Assembly (NCBI GenBank): GCA_026627155.1
Contig: JAPNUJ010000001.1
Location: 1 to 63,933 of the forward strand
Length of the DNA: 63,933 nucleotides
Reading direction: 5' to 3'
Source of the DNA: Bacillota bacterium
GTDB taxonomy: Bacteria > Bacillota > Bacilli > Alicyclobacillales > SLC66
Positions 47,501 through 57,476 of the stretch are shown here, piece after piece. The notes below the pieces were generated by a model. The model was given only the letters and a program-made list of their open reading frames with translations, had not been told where the DNA came from and did not search any database. The number at the start of each line of letters is the position of its first letter. The stretch's first letter is position 1. A program made the translations under genes and the position numbers.

Positions 47501-48691
47501 TCACGCAACCGCCATCACGTGCTCACGTCGCGCTTGTCGGCTGCGCAAGAATCGGCGCAGCGCGGTCCACAAGAGGACTTCTACGGCCACCGTCCCCGCA
47601 AAGTAAAGAGTGAACACCAACATCGGCGCGGGTCCATGCCAGGGCTGATGATCGAACATAGACTGGAGGTGAGCCGTCACGTCACTGGACATCTGGAGGA
47701 TGCCAAGCATCCAGGCAGGCACCACACCCACGATCATCAACGAAGACATCGCAAAACCGCGCAGACAAAACACTCGGCGAAACCGCTCCATCTCGCAGTG
47801 TTCAAAGAGGACGAGAGAGGCGACATACAACAGGATCGACAACACGCCTCCCACCGGGAGGACAAAGTCCAACATCTGCGGCATATAGAAGTAACTGAAG
47901 GTCCCGTAGTAGCTCTCAGGATTCAGTGTCATCACCCAGTTTTGAAGTGTGCCATAGACGGGGGAGAGGGCTTGAATGTCCGGCGTCGCATAGCCCGCCA
48001 TCCCCTTACCCATGTAATGCGTGATCCAGGGCGCCGACTCCTGCATCAGATACGTGACTGCAGCCGTGAGACCAAGCGGCATGAACAGAACCAGCGCGGC
48101 CCACAGGATCGACATCACATATCGCCCCACGCCAATGGCCGCCACAAAGGCCAGCGAAAAAATCAGCCACTCCATGCCCACTTGGGTACTGTACCACCGC
48201 GCGGCTAGCCCCAGCCAAACATCCGCGCTGACCGTCATGCCATTCACATCCAGTCCGGCGCCTCTTGCCTCCAACCACAGCAAGAGCGCCCCGGGAAGAT
48301 TGACGGCGAAGATCGTGGCGGTACCCAGCAACCATTTGACGCGCACCAACGCGGCCTTAGACACGGGGCTCGCAAGGACGGTCTCCAGGTTATTGCCCCG
48401 GCGCTCAGCCGACCAGAGGGCGGCTCCCAACAGAAGTGCGGCGCCCCACGGGGCGAGCCCGATTCCATAGCCGGACGGGTTTACCAACACGGTCTGTGAA
48501 AACCAAACTAAGCTGCCTTCGGACAAACCGGGACCCAGATACGACACGTGACCGGTCAGCACCACGAACTCCTGCGCGATCGAGCCGAAGACCGGCAGTA
48601 ACCACGTCGCGATCAGGAACAGCACGATCATCCACCGTTGCTGATGCCATTCCTTGTAGACGAGTCCTCTAGGCAAGAAGGAACTCTTCAC
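47501..48691 (-). CDS. ABC-2-type transporter permease
   Basis: 396 aa with multiple TM segments. GTG 48691 lies 7 nt after GGAGGGA and overlaps the end of the upstream ATPase gene. The upstream 42 codons of the ORF are unlikely to be translated. Confidence 0.7.
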   Translation of the reverse strand: MKSSFLPRGLVYKEWHQQRWMIVLFLIATWLLPVFGSIAQEFVVLTGHVSYLGPGLSEGSLVWFSQTVLVNPSGYGIGLAPWGAALLLGAALWSAERRGNNLETVLASPVSKAALVRVKWLLGTATIFAVNLPGALLLWLEARGAGLDVNGMTVSADVWLGLAARWYSTQVGMEWLIFSLAFVAAIGVGRYVMSILWAALVLFMPLGLTAAVTYLMQESAPWITHYMGKGMAGYATPDIQALSPVYGTLQNWVMTLNPESYYGTFSYFYMPQMLDFVLPVGGVLSILLYVASLVLFEHCEMERFRRVFCLRGFAMSSLMIVGVVPAWMLGILQMSSDVTAHLQSMFDHQPWHGPAPMLVFTLYFAGTVAVEVLLWTALRRFLRSRQARREHVMAVA

Positions 48692-49580
48692 GCGCGTATC
48701 CCTCCTTGTGCATGATGTGAACGAACAACTCCTCAAAGTCGACTTCGAGCTCCTCCATGTAGACCGGTCCGTGCTGCCTGCACAGCTCTGCCACCTTGTC
48801 TGCCTCGGTCTCCACAATCACGTTGTAGACGCTGCCCGACTCCTCGACCCGCAGCACGCCTGGCGCCGTACGCAACGCGTCCGGCAAACCACCCGGAAAG
48901 ACCACCTGGATGCGCCGCATCTCCCGCTTCGCTTCCTCCGTGCTCGTCTGCAAGACAACGCGTCCCTCGTGAAAAAATGCCACGCGGTCCGCGATGCGCT
49001 CGAGTCCAGCGAGATCGTGCGTCGCCATGACCACGGTGACGCCGCTGGCCGCCTCCTGCACGATCAACTGCAGAATCTGACGCTTGACGACCGCATCAAG
49101 CCCGCTCGTCGCCTCATCGAGGATCAACACCTCCGGGCGCAGCGACAAGGCACTGACAAAGGCCAACTGCACGCGCATACCCTTTGACAGCGAGCGCACG
49201 GGCCGATTCGCAGGCAGTTCGAATGACGCCAACAGTTGCCGACAACGGACATCGTCCCACCGCGGCCACGTCCTGCGTCCCCAGGCGATCATATCGCGCA
49301 CGCTAAATTGACGAAAAAAGTAGTCCTGGTCCGTCACGAATCCCACCCGCTCACGGTACGTTCCAAAGCGATCCATGACGTCACTGCCGAGCACGCGCGC
49401 CCGTCCTTCGGAGGGCCGCGTCAGCCCCAGCAGCATGCTTAGAAAGGTGGACTTTCCTGCGCCGTTGGTCCCGACGATTCCGAAGATACTACCTTCGGAT
49501 ACAGTCAGCGTCACGTCCTGCACCGCTCGCACCCTTCCGTACTGCTTGCCAAGCCCCTCTGTGACCACGATCTCACTCAT
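48669..49580 (-). CDS. ABC transporter ATP-binding protein
   Basis: Contains GTNGAGKSTFL, LSKGMRVQL and VLILDEATSGLD. The gene overlaps the GntR gene by 8 nt. Confidence 0.92.
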   Translation of the reverse strand: MSEIVVTEGLGKQYGRVRAVQDVTLTVSEGSIFGIVGTNGAGKSTFLSMLLGLTRPSEGRARVLGSDVMDRFGTYRERVGFVTDQDYFFRQFSVRDMIAWGRRTWPRWDDVRCRQLLASFELPANRPVRSLSKGMRVQLAFVSALSLRPEVLILDEATSGLDAVVKRQILQLIVQEAASGVTVVMATHDLAGLERIADRVAFFHEGRVVLQTSTEEAKREMRRIQVVFPGGLPDALRTAPGVLRVEESGSVYNVIVETEADKVAELCRQHGPVYMEELEVDFEELFVHIMHKEGYAREEFLLA

Positions 49581-49986
49581 CTGAATACCTCCCTCTTTCC
49601 TCAGGCCACCCTGCGATCAACACCTCGAGTTCCCGACTGACGTCGGCCAACGGGATGCCAACGTGATGGGCCTCCACCAGCACGCGCGTCAGCATGTCGC
49701 GCACTTGTGCCCTTGCACTCGCTGCGACCGCTCCGCCAGCCCCCTCCTGTTCGCGGCATACGAACGTGCCGCGTCCGCGAATCACCTCGATCACGCCCTC
49801 GCGCTCCAATTCCTGATACGCTTTGGCAATGGTGTTCGGGTTGATCATCAAGTCGCTCGCCAACTCTCGGATGGACGGCAGCCGGCTTTGCGGTGCCAAG
49901 GCCCCCTTCGCAATGCGCGCCTTGATCTCATCGATCATTTGCTGGTACATCGGCGTACTTGAACGCGAGTCAATACGGAGCCACAC
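49573..49986 (-). CDS. GntR (YtrA-subfamily) transcriptional regulator
   Basis: Contains PMYQQMIDEIKARIAKGAL...LPSIRELASDLMINPNTIAKAYQELEREGVI. It is short (137 aa) and is the first gene of an ABC operon. Confidence 0.9.
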   Translation of the reverse strand: MWLRIDSRSSTPMYQQMIDEIKARIAKGALAPQSRLPSIRELASDLMINPNTIAKAYQELEREGVIEVIRGRGTFVCREQEGAGGAVAASARAQVRDMLTRVLVEAHHVGIPLADVSRELEVLIAGWPEERGRYSDE

Positions 49987-50040
49987 GCGACCCCCTCCTT
50001 CCTGTTTCTCGCGGCAAGTGTATCATTCGATATAGTACAC

Positions 50041-50069
50041 ATATTACTTATCATACACAGCGGTGTCAA
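50041..50069 (-). promoter_or_regulatory. Sigma-A promoter of the gntR-ABC operon (TTGACA-N17-TAATAT)
   Basis: TTGACA lies at 50069..50064 and TAATAT at 50046..50041. AT-rich partially symmetric sequence (GTGTACTATATCGAATGATACAC) follows and could be the operator. Confidence 0.6.
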
Positions 50070-50142
50070 GCCCTTAGCGTGCGACGGAAGCCGTCTTGTC
50101 TCGGACGGAGGGAAAACGCCAACGACAAAGACGGCCCGAGAC

Positions 50143-50176
50143 GCATAAAAGCCCGCTGATAGGCGGGCTTTTATGC
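50143..50176. terminator. Intrinsic terminator (bidirectional) after the MBL hydrolase gene
   Basis: GCATAAAAGCCCGC-TGATAG-GCGGGCTTTTATGC is a perfect 14-bp stem with A/T runs on both sides. Confidence 0.85.
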
Positions 50177-50200
50177 GTTGATTGCCACTAATCAAACGGC

Positions 50201-51019
50201 CTATGGGCAGAGAAAGCGCTCTCCGGCCATCAGCATATGGAAGTGCTGACCGGGGTATCGCGCATACAGATCATCGACAAAGTAGCTCGGGTTTTCCCTG
50301 TTATTAGGGAACATGTCGATGTGCATCGGAAATACGGTCTCGATCCCGGCGAGCGCGGTGAGGTCGAGCGCCTCGCGGTAGTTCATGTTGCCCACGATGT
50401 TGCGGGAGGTACGCGCGTAATCGCCACCGTTGATGGGCAAAAACGCAACCTGCGGGGCAAACGCTCGCACAGCTTCCAGCAACTCGTCCGTCAAAACGGT
50501 ATCGCCCGCGTGATAGATTCGCAAATCATCCAGCTCGATGAAGTAACCCAGAAACACATGGTCTCCATGCTCATCGAACTCATAAGAGGTGTGTGCCGCA
50601 CCAACAGGGGTGATGCGAAAGGGGCCCATGGCAAACGACTCGCCCTCGCGCGCCTCGAGGCGTTGCTCCGGTGCCACGCCGGCGTCGCCGAGCAGGTGTC
50701 GGTGTGGGGCCGGGGCCGCGATTGTCAGCGACGGGGATGCCGCGGCCAGTCGGCTCACGGTCAACGGATCGAGGTGATCGCCATGATGGTGTGTGATCAG
50801 CACCCCCGTCGCGTCGCGAAGATCTTCCGGTTTGCAGGGTGGGGCAAATGCGCGCACAAACTCGGTGCCGGGTTCTTGCTGCTCGATGTTGTCCGTGAGG
50901 TAAGGATCAATGGCAAGATAGGCGCCATCGTGTTGCAAGGCCGTGAGCACTACACCCACTTGGCCCAGACCGTAGACGGCCAAACGGGGCGTGACGGACT
51001 CTGAAAATAGCACAAGCAT
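50201..51019 (-). CDS. MBL-fold metallo-hydrolase
   Basis: Contains the ITHHHGDHLD motif, and later H and D ligands (HAGDT). Confidence 0.85.
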   Translation of the reverse strand: MLVLFSESVTPRLAVYGLGQVGVVLTALQHDGAYLAIDPYLTDNIEQQEPGTEFVRAFAPPCKPEDLRDATGVLITHHHGDHLDPLTVSRLAAASPSLTIAAPAPHRHLLGDAGVAPEQRLEAREGESFAMGPFRITPVGAAHTSYEFDEHGDHVFLGYFIELDDLRIYHAGDTVLTDELLEAVRAFAPQVAFLPINGGDYARTSRNIVGNMNYREALDLTALAGIETVFPMHIDMFPNNRENPSYFVDDLYARYPGQHFHMLMAGERFLCP

Positions 51020-51167
51020 CCTCCTCGGATTGCGCTGCGAGACGGGGTGGGATCGCTCCCGCCGCAGCCTCTTCGCTCAGTGTACCACAACCGCCTGTCC
51101 CCCCATTTGGCAGGGTCAGCGCGATCCAGTAGACTGATGACGAGTCGATCCGCCAAGGGAGGTCCAC

Positions 51168-52460
51168 ATGCAAGAAGAGATCCGATCCTTTCGCCCAGAC
51201 GAAGTCGGCGAGCACATCCGTTTGAGTGAGTTCGCCTTTCAGTACGAACTGACCGAAGACGAACGGTCTGCACGCATTCAAGAAACCCAGCCGCAGCAGT
51301 TGCTCGGCGCATTCATTGACGGTCGACTGGCGGCAAAAGTCCTCATCCTGCCCTTGCAGGTCTATTGGTACGGAGCGCCTTGTCCGATGGGGGGCGTGGC
51401 GGCCGTCGCAACCTGGCCCGAATACCGTCGCCACGGTCTCGTGGCTCGACTCCTGCAAGAGAGCCTCCTGAAGATGCGTGCAGACGGGCAGCTCGTCTCC
51501 TGCCTTCACCCATTTTCGTTCGCCTTCTACCGGCGCTATGGCTGGGAGACGTACGTGGACCGCAAGCGCATCGAGCTCACGAAGGCACAACTTCCACACT
51601 TCGCCCGGCCGTCTGGCTGGCGCTGCGAGCGCATCGCGGACACCTCGCGCGTGCGCCCACTCTACGCTGCCTTTGCTTGTGAAGCCAACGGTACCCTCGC
51701 GCGCGACGGGGCTTGGTGGGAACAACGGGTCTTTCGCCAGCGCAAGGGCCTGTTGGTGTTGGCTGTCGATGAGCAGGGGCGCGATCGCGGGTACATCCAC
51801 TACGAGGTCAAGAAAGAGACGTTGACGATCCACGAACTGGTCTACGACAGCATCGAAACCTATCACACCCTGTGGCGTCACGTCGCCGACCACGACTCCA
51901 TGGCCACAACCTATACGGGGTTTGTGAGAGCGGACGATCCCCTCGCCTTCCTGCTCGCTGATCCGCGGATCAAACAGGAGATCCAGCCGTACTTCATGGC
52001 GCGCATCATTGACGTGGAAGCCCTGCTCGCGCGCATTCCCTTCGCCCTGCCTACGGCCTCCGACGCTGCGCCCACGCCCCAGATGGCCGAGATGGCCGGG
52101 GCGCCCGATATGCCGGGGATGCCGGGGATGCCGGGGATGCCAGAGTTGCCCGAGAGGCCGGCACTGGCACTGACCGCTCTGGACCCGTGGGCCCCCTGGA
52201 ACGAAAAGACGTATACTGTCGCGATCGATCCGCTCCAGGGGAGACGCATCGCGGCTCACGCCATAGCGGCAGATCACATCCGGAGCCTTGACGATGTTCA
52301 CATTCAGTGCACCATCCAAACCTTGTCGGCCATGCTCTTCGGCTACAAGCGCCCACGCCTGCTGCACGCACTCGGACTGATCACTGGGACGCAGGCCGCC
52401 GCTTTGGCGTGGGAGCAGGCTCTGCCGGAACGCGTCACGCATTTGATGGACTTTTTCTAA
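51168..52460 (+). CDS. Eis-like GNAT N-acetyltransferase (GNAT + GNAT-like + SCP2-like C-terminus)
   Basis: MGGVAAVATWPEYRRHGLVARLL (acetyl-CoA loop) and SCLHPFSFAFYRRYGWE. The 430-aa three-domain layout is typical of Eis/YhbS-type enzymes. Confidence 0.75.
   Translation: MQEEIRSFRPDEVGEHIRLSEFAFQYELTEDERSARIQETQPQQLLGAFIDGRLAAKVLILPLQVYWYGAPCPMGGVAAVATWPEYRRHGLVARLLQESLLKMRADGQLVSCLHPFSFAFYRRYGWETYVDRKRIELTKAQLPHFARPSGWRCERIADTSRVRPLYAAFACEANGTLARDGAWWEQRVFRQRKGLLVLAVDEQGRDRGYIHYEVKKETLTIHELVYDSIETYHTLWRHVADHDSMATTYTGFVRADDPLAFLLADPRIKQEIQPYFMARIIDVEALLARIPFALPTASDAAPTPQMAEMAGAPDMPGMPGMPGMPELPERPALALTALDPWAPWNEKTYTVAIDPLQGRRIAAHAIAADHIRSLDDVHIQCTIQTLSAMLFGYKRPRLLHALGLITGTQAAALAWEQALPERVTHLMDFF
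52082..52145 (+). repeat. Tandem 9-nt units (atgScgRgg x7, three identical atgccgggg) inside the GNAT gene
   Basis: Read directly from the sequence. It encodes MAEMAGAPDMPGMPGMPGMPE in frame. Confidence 0.9.
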
Positions 52461-52490
52461 CCCGGAATCCGGGGCGACGTCACAACACAC

Positions 52491-52529
52491 AAGAGCCCGT
52501 CGATCCGGTGTGCGGATCGACGGGCTCTT
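52491..52529. terminator. Bidirectional terminator between the GNAT gene and rplT
   Basis: Perfect 17-bp stem AAGAGCCCGTCGATCCG / CGGATCGACGGGCTCTT with loop GTGTG. Confidence 0.85.
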
Positions 52530-52547
52530 GTAGATGCGTGGCACACG

Positions 52548-52907
52548 TTATGCCTGCAACTTCGCCTTGGCTACGGTAGCCAGTTCGGTAAATGCCTTGC
52601 TATCCGACACCGCCAAGTCAGCCAACATCTTGCGGTTGACTTCGACGCCGGCCTGCTTCAAACCGAACATCAAACGGCTATAGGACAATCCGTTGATGCG
52701 GGCCGCGGCGTTGATCCGCGCGATCCACAGTTTGCGAAACTCCCGTTTGCGGACGCGACGGTCCCGATACGCATACATCAGGGACTTCATAACCTGCTGG
52801 TTGGCCGTACGGAACAAACGATGCTTGGACCCAAAATACCCGCGGGCCAGTTTGAGAATCTTCTTGTGACGACGACGGGTCACCGTGCCGCCTTTGACTC
52901 TTGCCAT
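52548..52907 (-). CDS. rplT: 50S ribosomal protein L20
   Basis: [43 protein letters not shown]. Confidence 0.98.
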   Translation of the reverse strand: MARVKGGTVTRRRHKKILKLARGYFGSKHRLFRTANQQVMKSLMYAYRDRRVRKREFRKLWIARINAAARINGLSYSRLMFGLKQAGVEVNRKMLADLAVSDSKAFTELATVAKAKLQA

Positions 52908-53039
52908 CTTCGCGTATCCTCCTTACAACTTGCCTGTCTCGGCTGACCTATGCAGGTCTGATCTGGTACAACCGGCCGGCGCAGGAGAACGTCTACCCTG
53001 TCCTCATCCCTGCGTCCCGACACCCTTGACACACATGCC

Positions 53040-53237
53040 TTACATGTAAGCGATCAGCTGTTTGATGCGCTTTGCGTCGCCCGGCGCCATGATGCCACCG
53101 TGGCGAAGATGACGCTTTTGTTTCGACGTCTTGGACGCAGCGATGTGGTTCATGTGCGAGTGACTCATCTTGATCTTGCCGGAGCCCGTTTTCTTGAACC
53201 GCTTTGCGGCCCCACGGTGCGTCTTCATCTTGGGCAT
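53040..53237 (-). CDS. rpmI: 50S ribosomal protein L35
   Basis: [32 protein letters not shown], 65 aa from ATG 53237. The upstream codons of ORF 53040..53288 are not part of the gene. Confidence 0.97.
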   Translation of the reverse strand: MPKMKTHRGAAKRFKKTGSGKIKMSHSHMNHIAASKTSKQKRHLRHGGIMAPGDAKRIKQLIAYM

Positions 53238-53298
53238 GTCCATACCTCCACAAGTCGTGGGCCCTGGGGCCCACCTACCGAATCTCAAATAGCTACTG

Positions 53299-53829
53299 TC
53301 AGGACGTCTTTTCTACGGTGTGCTTCGGGTTGAGGATGATGATCATGTTCTTGCCTTCGAGACGCGGCGCCCGTTCCAACACACCATAGGGTTCGAGTTC
53401 GCGAACCATCTTCTCAAGCACGGCCTGGCCGATGCCCGGATGCGTGATCTCGCGACCGCGAAACCGAACGGCAGCCTTGACCTTGTCGCCTTCCTGAAGG
53501 AACTTGATGGCAGACTTGACCTTGGTCTCGAAGTCATGATCCTCGATGTTCGGAGTCATCCGAATCTCTTTGATGTCAATGATCTTCTGGTTCTTGCGGG
53601 CATCCTTTTCCTTCTTGCTCTGCTCGTACTTGAACTTGCCAAAATCCATGATCCGACAAACGGGCGGCTTCGCTGTCGGCGCCACGTTCACAAGGTCCAA
53701 GTCCTTTTCGACCGCAATCCGCAGAGCATCCCGGATACCGACAATCCCGAGCTGGGTGTTGTTCTCGTCGATCAAGCGTACTTCCCGCGCGCGAATGGCT
53801 TCGTTGATCTGAACGTCCTCCCTGCTAAT
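53299..53829 (-). CDS. infC: Translation initiation factor IF-3, AUU start codon
   Basis: [30 protein letters not shown] aligns with the Bacillus IF-3 N-terminus (MISKD.. [12 protein letters not shown]). ATT at 53829..53827 lies 7 nt after GGGGAGGTG. A non-AUG start is the known autoregulatory feature of infC. Confidence 0.93.
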   Translation of the reverse strand: MSREDVQINEAIRAREVRLIDENNTQLGIVGIRDALRIAVEKDLDLVNVAPTAKPPVCRIMDFGKFKYEQSKKEKDARKNQKIIDIKEIRMTPNIEDHDFETKVKSAIKFLQEGDKVKAAVRFRGREITHPGIGQAVLEKMVRELEPYGVLERAPRLEGKNMIIILNPKHTVEKTS

Positions 53830-54051
53830 CGCGCAACACCTCCCCAATCGTTATGGCCCTTCGTTGACGCAGAAAAAGCGCGGTTTCGCTTGTGGCGTCA
53901 ACCCGCGCTTCTTCCCTCTATCGCTACGTGCGTTACACCAAACGTCTTGATCCGCATGGGAAACGGCAGCGAACCCGTGGAAACCGCCTGCCCGAGAGCA
54001 GCGCCTGGATCGGAGGGTGAGAAGCGGAGCTTCTGCTTGATCTGCACATCT
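53830..54051 (-). promoter_or_regulatory. infC-rpmI-rplT leader (L20-leader-like) with attenuator hairpin at 53873..53910
   Basis: The ~220-nt leader contains, on the minus strand, AAGCGCGGGTT...AACCGCGCTT followed by TTTTCTGCG, about 40 nt before the infC start. Firmicute infC operons are controlled by an L20-binding leader with a terminator. I did not verify the L20-binding fold. Confidence 0.5.
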
Positions 54052-54057
54052 GTTGCC

Positions 54058-54086
54058 AGTATAACGCAGACCCGCCCGCTTCGCAA
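54058..54086 (-). promoter_or_regulatory. Sigma-A promoter of the infC operon (TTGCGA-N17-TATACT)
   Basis: TTGCGA lies at 54086..54081 and TATACT at 54063..54058. Confidence 0.55.
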
Positions 54087-54090
54087 CCCA

Positions 54091-54151
54091 TTGCCCCTTT
54101 GGCATTGACCTCGGCCACCATTCACCCTTTGGCGTTGACCTCGACCACCAT
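54091..54151 (-). repeat. Tandem 30-nt duplication of the thrS 3' end
   Basis: 54121..54151 (ATGGTGGTCGAGGTCAACGCCAAAGGGTGAA, encoding MVVEVNAKG*) is repeated at 54091..54121 (ATGGTGGCCGAGGTCAATGCCAAAGGGGCAA, encoding MVAEVNAKGA) with 4 mismatches. Confidence 0.85.
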
Positions 54152-56059
54152 CCGCTCGATGAGTGCCTCGAGACCCATGCGGCCGATATCCCCTTGACCC
54201 CGCACGCGCACCGCCACCTCCCGCGAATCCTGTTCCTGTCCGCCGATCACGAGCATGTAGGGAACCTTGTCCATTTGCGCCGCCCGAATCTTGTACCCGA
54301 TCTTCTCCGAGCGCACGTCGGCTTCGACGCGCAGACCCCGCTCTCGCAGCAACTCCTCAACTTCGCGCGCGTACTCCTCCTGGCCGCCGCTGACCGACAG
54401 AACCCGCGCCTGAACCGGCGCCAGCCAAAGCGGAAACGCCCCTTTGTAATTCTCGATCAGATACGCCACCATCCGCTCCATCGTACTCACGATGCCGCGG
54501 TGGATCACGACGGGCCTGTGCGCTTTTCCGTCTTCCCCGATATACTCCAGCTCGAAGCGCTCCGGCAGATGGAAGTCCAACTGCACAGTAGACAGCGTCT
54601 CCTCCTTGCCGAGGGCAGTCTTGACCTGAACGTCGAGCTTCGGTCCGTAAAACGCCGCCTCACCCTGCGCCTCGGTAAACTGCAACCCCATGTCAACCAG
54701 CGTCTTGCGCAACATCCCCTCAGCCTTGTCCCACATCTCGTCGTTCGCCACGTACTTCTCCGTGTCTCTCGGATCGCGCAGGGATAGTCGATAGGAATAG
54801 TCCGAGATGGCGAAGTCTTTATACACGCGCTGAATCAGCTTCACGACCCGTGCAAACTCGCTCTCGATCTGATCCGGCGTACAAAAGATGTGCGCGTCAT
54901 TAAGCGTCATCGCACGCACTCGCTGCAAGCCGGCCAGCGCCCCAGACATCTCATACCGGTGCATGGTCCCGAGTTCAGCCACCCGCAGCGGCAGATCGCG
55001 GTAACTGCGCCTATCCGCCTTGTAGACCATCATGTGGTGGGGGCAGTTCATTGGGCGCAGGACGAGTTGTTCATTGTCCATTTGCATTGGCGGAAACATA
55101 TCCTCTTGATAATGCTCCCAGTGACCGCTGATCTTGTACAGTTCCACGCTGCCAAGCACGGGCGTGTAGACGTGACTGTACCCGAGGCTCTCCTCGAGAT
55201 CCACGATATAGCGCTCGATCACACGCCGTACACGAGCGCCGTTTGGCAGCCAAAGGGGCAAGCCCGAGCCCACTTCCCGCGCCAGCGTGAAGAGTTTGAG
55301 CTCCTTGCCGAGCCGCCGGTGATCGCGTTCCTTCATCTCCTCAAGCATCTTCAAGTGGGTCTCGAGTTCTGCGGCCTTGGCAAATGCTGTGGCGTAGATC
55401 CTTGTCAACTGTTCCCGCTTCGCATCGCCGCGCCAGTAGGCCCCGGCCAGACTGAGGAGTTTGAAGGCCTTGATCTTCCCCGTCGAAGGCAGATGGGGCC
55501 CACGACACAAGTCAGTAAATTCACCTTGACTGTACAGTGTCAGCGTCGTGTCCGCCGGCAAGTCTTCGATAATCTCGACCTTGAACCGGTCGTTGCGCCC
55601 GGCGAAGTAGGCAAGCGCTTCATCCCGTTTGATCACTTGCCGAGTCAGCGGAAAATCCGCCTTGACAATCGCCTGCATCTCTTTCTCGATCGCCTCAAAC
55701 TGCTCCGGTGTGAAGACGTGGTCTGCAAAATCATAGTAGAAACCGTCCTCAATCACAGGGCCAATGGCAAACTTCGCCTCCGGGTAAAGGCGACTGACCG
55801 CCTGCGCCATCACGTGCGCACACGTGTGACGGTAGACCGACAACCCTTCCGGGGAATCGAGCGTTAAGACCTCGACAGCGTCCCCATCCGCTACCTCTGC
55901 CGACAGGTCAACCACCTTGCCATTGATCTTGCCAGCCACTGCGTTTCGCGCGAGTCCCGCACTGATCGCCTGTGCGATCGCTTGTACGGTCGATGCCGCT
56001 GGGACCTCCCGCGAGCTTCCATCGGGCAAACGAACCTGAATCGAGTCTGCGACTTCCAT
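54122..56059 (-). CDS. thrS: Threonine--tRNA ligase
   Basis: An N-terminal TGS domain ([13 protein letters not shown]), the editing domain, class II motifs ([33 protein letters not shown]) and the anticodon-binding domain. ATG 56059 follows GAGAGGTG. Confidence 0.97.
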   Translation of the reverse strand: MEVADSIQVRLPDGSSREVPAASTVQAIAQAISAGLARNAVAGKINGKVVDLSAEVADGDAVEVLTLDSPEGLSVYRHTCAHVMAQAVSRLYPEAKFAIGPVIEDGFYYDFADHVFTPEQFEAIEKEMQAIVKADFPLTRQVIKRDEALAYFAGRNDRFKVEIIEDLPADTTLTLYSQGEFTDLCRGPHLPSTGKIKAFKLLSLAGAYWRGDAKREQLTRIYATAFAKAAELETHLKMLEEMKERDHRRLGKELKLFTLAREVGSGLPLWLPNGARVRRVIERYIVDLEESLGYSHVYTPVLGSVELYKISGHWEHYQEDMFPPMQMDNEQLVLRPMNCPHHMMVYKADRRSYRDLPLRVAELGTMHRYEMSGALAGLQRVRAMTLNDAHIFCTPDQIESEFARVVKLIQRVYKDFAISDYSYRLSLRDPRDTEKYVANDEMWDKAEGMLRKTLVDMGLQFTEAQGEAAFYGPKLDVQVKTALGKEETLSTVQLDFHLPERFELEYIGEDGKAHRPVVIHRGIVSTMERMVAYLIENYKGAFPLWLAPVQARVLSVSGGQEEYAREVEELLRERGLRVEADVRSEKIGYKIRAAQMDKVPYMLVIGGQEQDSREVAVRVRGQGDIGRMGLEALIERMVVEVNAKG

Positions 56060-56454
56060 ACCGTCCACACCTCTCTGCCTATCTGTAGTGAAAGCGCTGG
56101 TGCCACTTCGCGATACCCCCTGGGCCACTACGGCAACATCGGGACACGTCAGAACGTCAAAAGACGCCTTCATCCCGAGCCCGTCTGCTCAAGGGACGAA
56201 GGCGTCTTGCGCCTACGTGGTTCCACCCAACTTCACTGAATGCCCGCAAACCGGTCGCGTAGCATCAGCCTCTTGCCGCGTAACGAGCGGTCTTCGTTCA
56301 GGCATGAGCGCTGTTACAGCCCGCGCGTTCGCCGAAAGCTCCCGAGTGGTAACCGAATGACGGATCGACGGTCGCGCTCCCAGCCACTGCCGCGCGACCT
56401 CTCTGGGACATCCATGCCAATCGTCGTGTCTCGTTCACAGCCGATGTGTATTTA
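56060..56454 (-). promoter_or_regulatory. T-box leader, Thr specifier (ACC)
   Basis: The minus strand has CAGAGAGG (stem I), the specifier context CGGTT-ACC-ACUC (ACC = complement of 56348..56350) and the T-box GGGTGGAACCACG (56228..56216). The terminator AAGACGCCTTCGTCCC...GGGATGAAGGCGTCTTTTG lies at 56208..56157. Confidence 0.85.
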
Positions 56455-57354
56455 CAGGGTAGTATAGAAGCTCGGTCTCGGGGTGTCAAGCTTGCCTCCG
56501 AGCAGATCACAGGCAGGGTCGTCCCGGCAAAACTGCGCCCGACGACCAAACACGCGTACCAACGTTTGAACAAAGGATTCTTCTACATTGTAGGTGTGAA
56601 TGATCAACTGCGCCGGAGATCGGGTAATGAGCGCACTCATTAACACATCCTGCGGGTGCAAGTCGTCCTCACAAGTTTGCCTTGCGATCGTCTCCATAGC
56701 GGAGACATCGAGTGGCTCATACTTCGCGTCGTAGCCACGCACCGTCTCGCCAAGACAAACGACATGAACGGTTTCTCCGCGTGACGGCGTCGTGTCAAGA
56801 AAGTAACGCAGGATGCCGACGAACTCTTCGTATTCACGACTCACGAGGTACTCGTCCACACGCTCTTGCGCGGCCCGTTGCATGGCATGCAGCCAACGGG
56901 AACAGCGAAAGCGCAAGAGACCGTCAAGGTGTAGCTCAAGCCCTTGTTCAAAGACGTCCGCCATGATGTCTTCCATCCGCGACGCCTCGCGATAGCGTTG
57001 CGCCTGCGCTGCCTCCAGACGAACACAGCGACCGTAAGAACTGGCTGCCAAGTAATCGGCCTCTTCCCCTGAGAGGTAGGGGTGACACTCTCCGATCAAA
57101 CGCCGCATCTGACGAAAGCGCCATTTGCCGCATAAAAATCGACTGATCAAACGACACATGTAACGGCTCGATTCCGTTGGTTGGCCAAAACCGTCAAGTC
57201 GTACATCCAAGTAGGACGGTTGTTCGGCGTCATCGACCTGCATATACAGAATGGCGCCCCTGCGCGCAAGCGGCGCCGCCAATCGTCGAAGGGCGAGCAA
57301 TAACTCCCGCAGATCGCTCGATTCTGTCATGCGCAAACGGTGCATGCCCATCAA
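56452..57354 (-). CDS. ytxC: YtxC-like sporulation protein
   Basis: 300 aa, immediately upstream of thrS as in B. subtilis. I did not check catalytic motifs; the call is by position and overall resemblance. Confidence 0.6.
   Translation of the reverse strand: MMGMHRLRMTESSDLRELLLALRRLAAPLARRGAILYMQVDDAEQPSYLDVRLDGFGQPTESSRYMCRLISRFLCGKWRFRQMRRLIGECHPYLSGEEADYLAASSYGRCVRLEAAQAQRYREASRMEDIMADVFEQGLELHLDGLLRFRCSRWLHAMQRAAQERVDEYLVSREYEEFVGILRYFLDTTPSRGETVHVVCLGETVRGYDAKYEPLDVSAMETIARQTCEDDLHPQDVLMSALITRSPAQLIIHTYNVEESFVQTLVRVFGRRAQFCRDDPACDLLGGKLDTPRPSFYTTL
56461..56489 (-). promoter_or_regulatory. Sigma-A promoter of the thrS leader (TTGACA-N17-TATACT)
   Basis: TTGACA lies at 56489..56484 and TATACT at 56466..56461, inside the last codons of ytxC. 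Confidence 0.65.
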
Positions 57355-57476
57355 CCTCCGCTACTCTGGATGTCCGTGCCAACCGGTCCGAACCTGCACA
57401 CCGGACCGGTCTCATCCAACAGTATACGGATGTATGCGGGCCCCTATACAGTCCGCAATCGAGCGTGTTCTCGCCG

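Noticed and set aside
50907-52544. 545-aa ORF on the minus strand
   Set aside because: It is fully antisense to the well-supported Eis-like GNAT gene and overlaps the MBL gene. Its composition is Arg/Gly/Pro-rich with no recognisable motifs. It is a shadow ORF.
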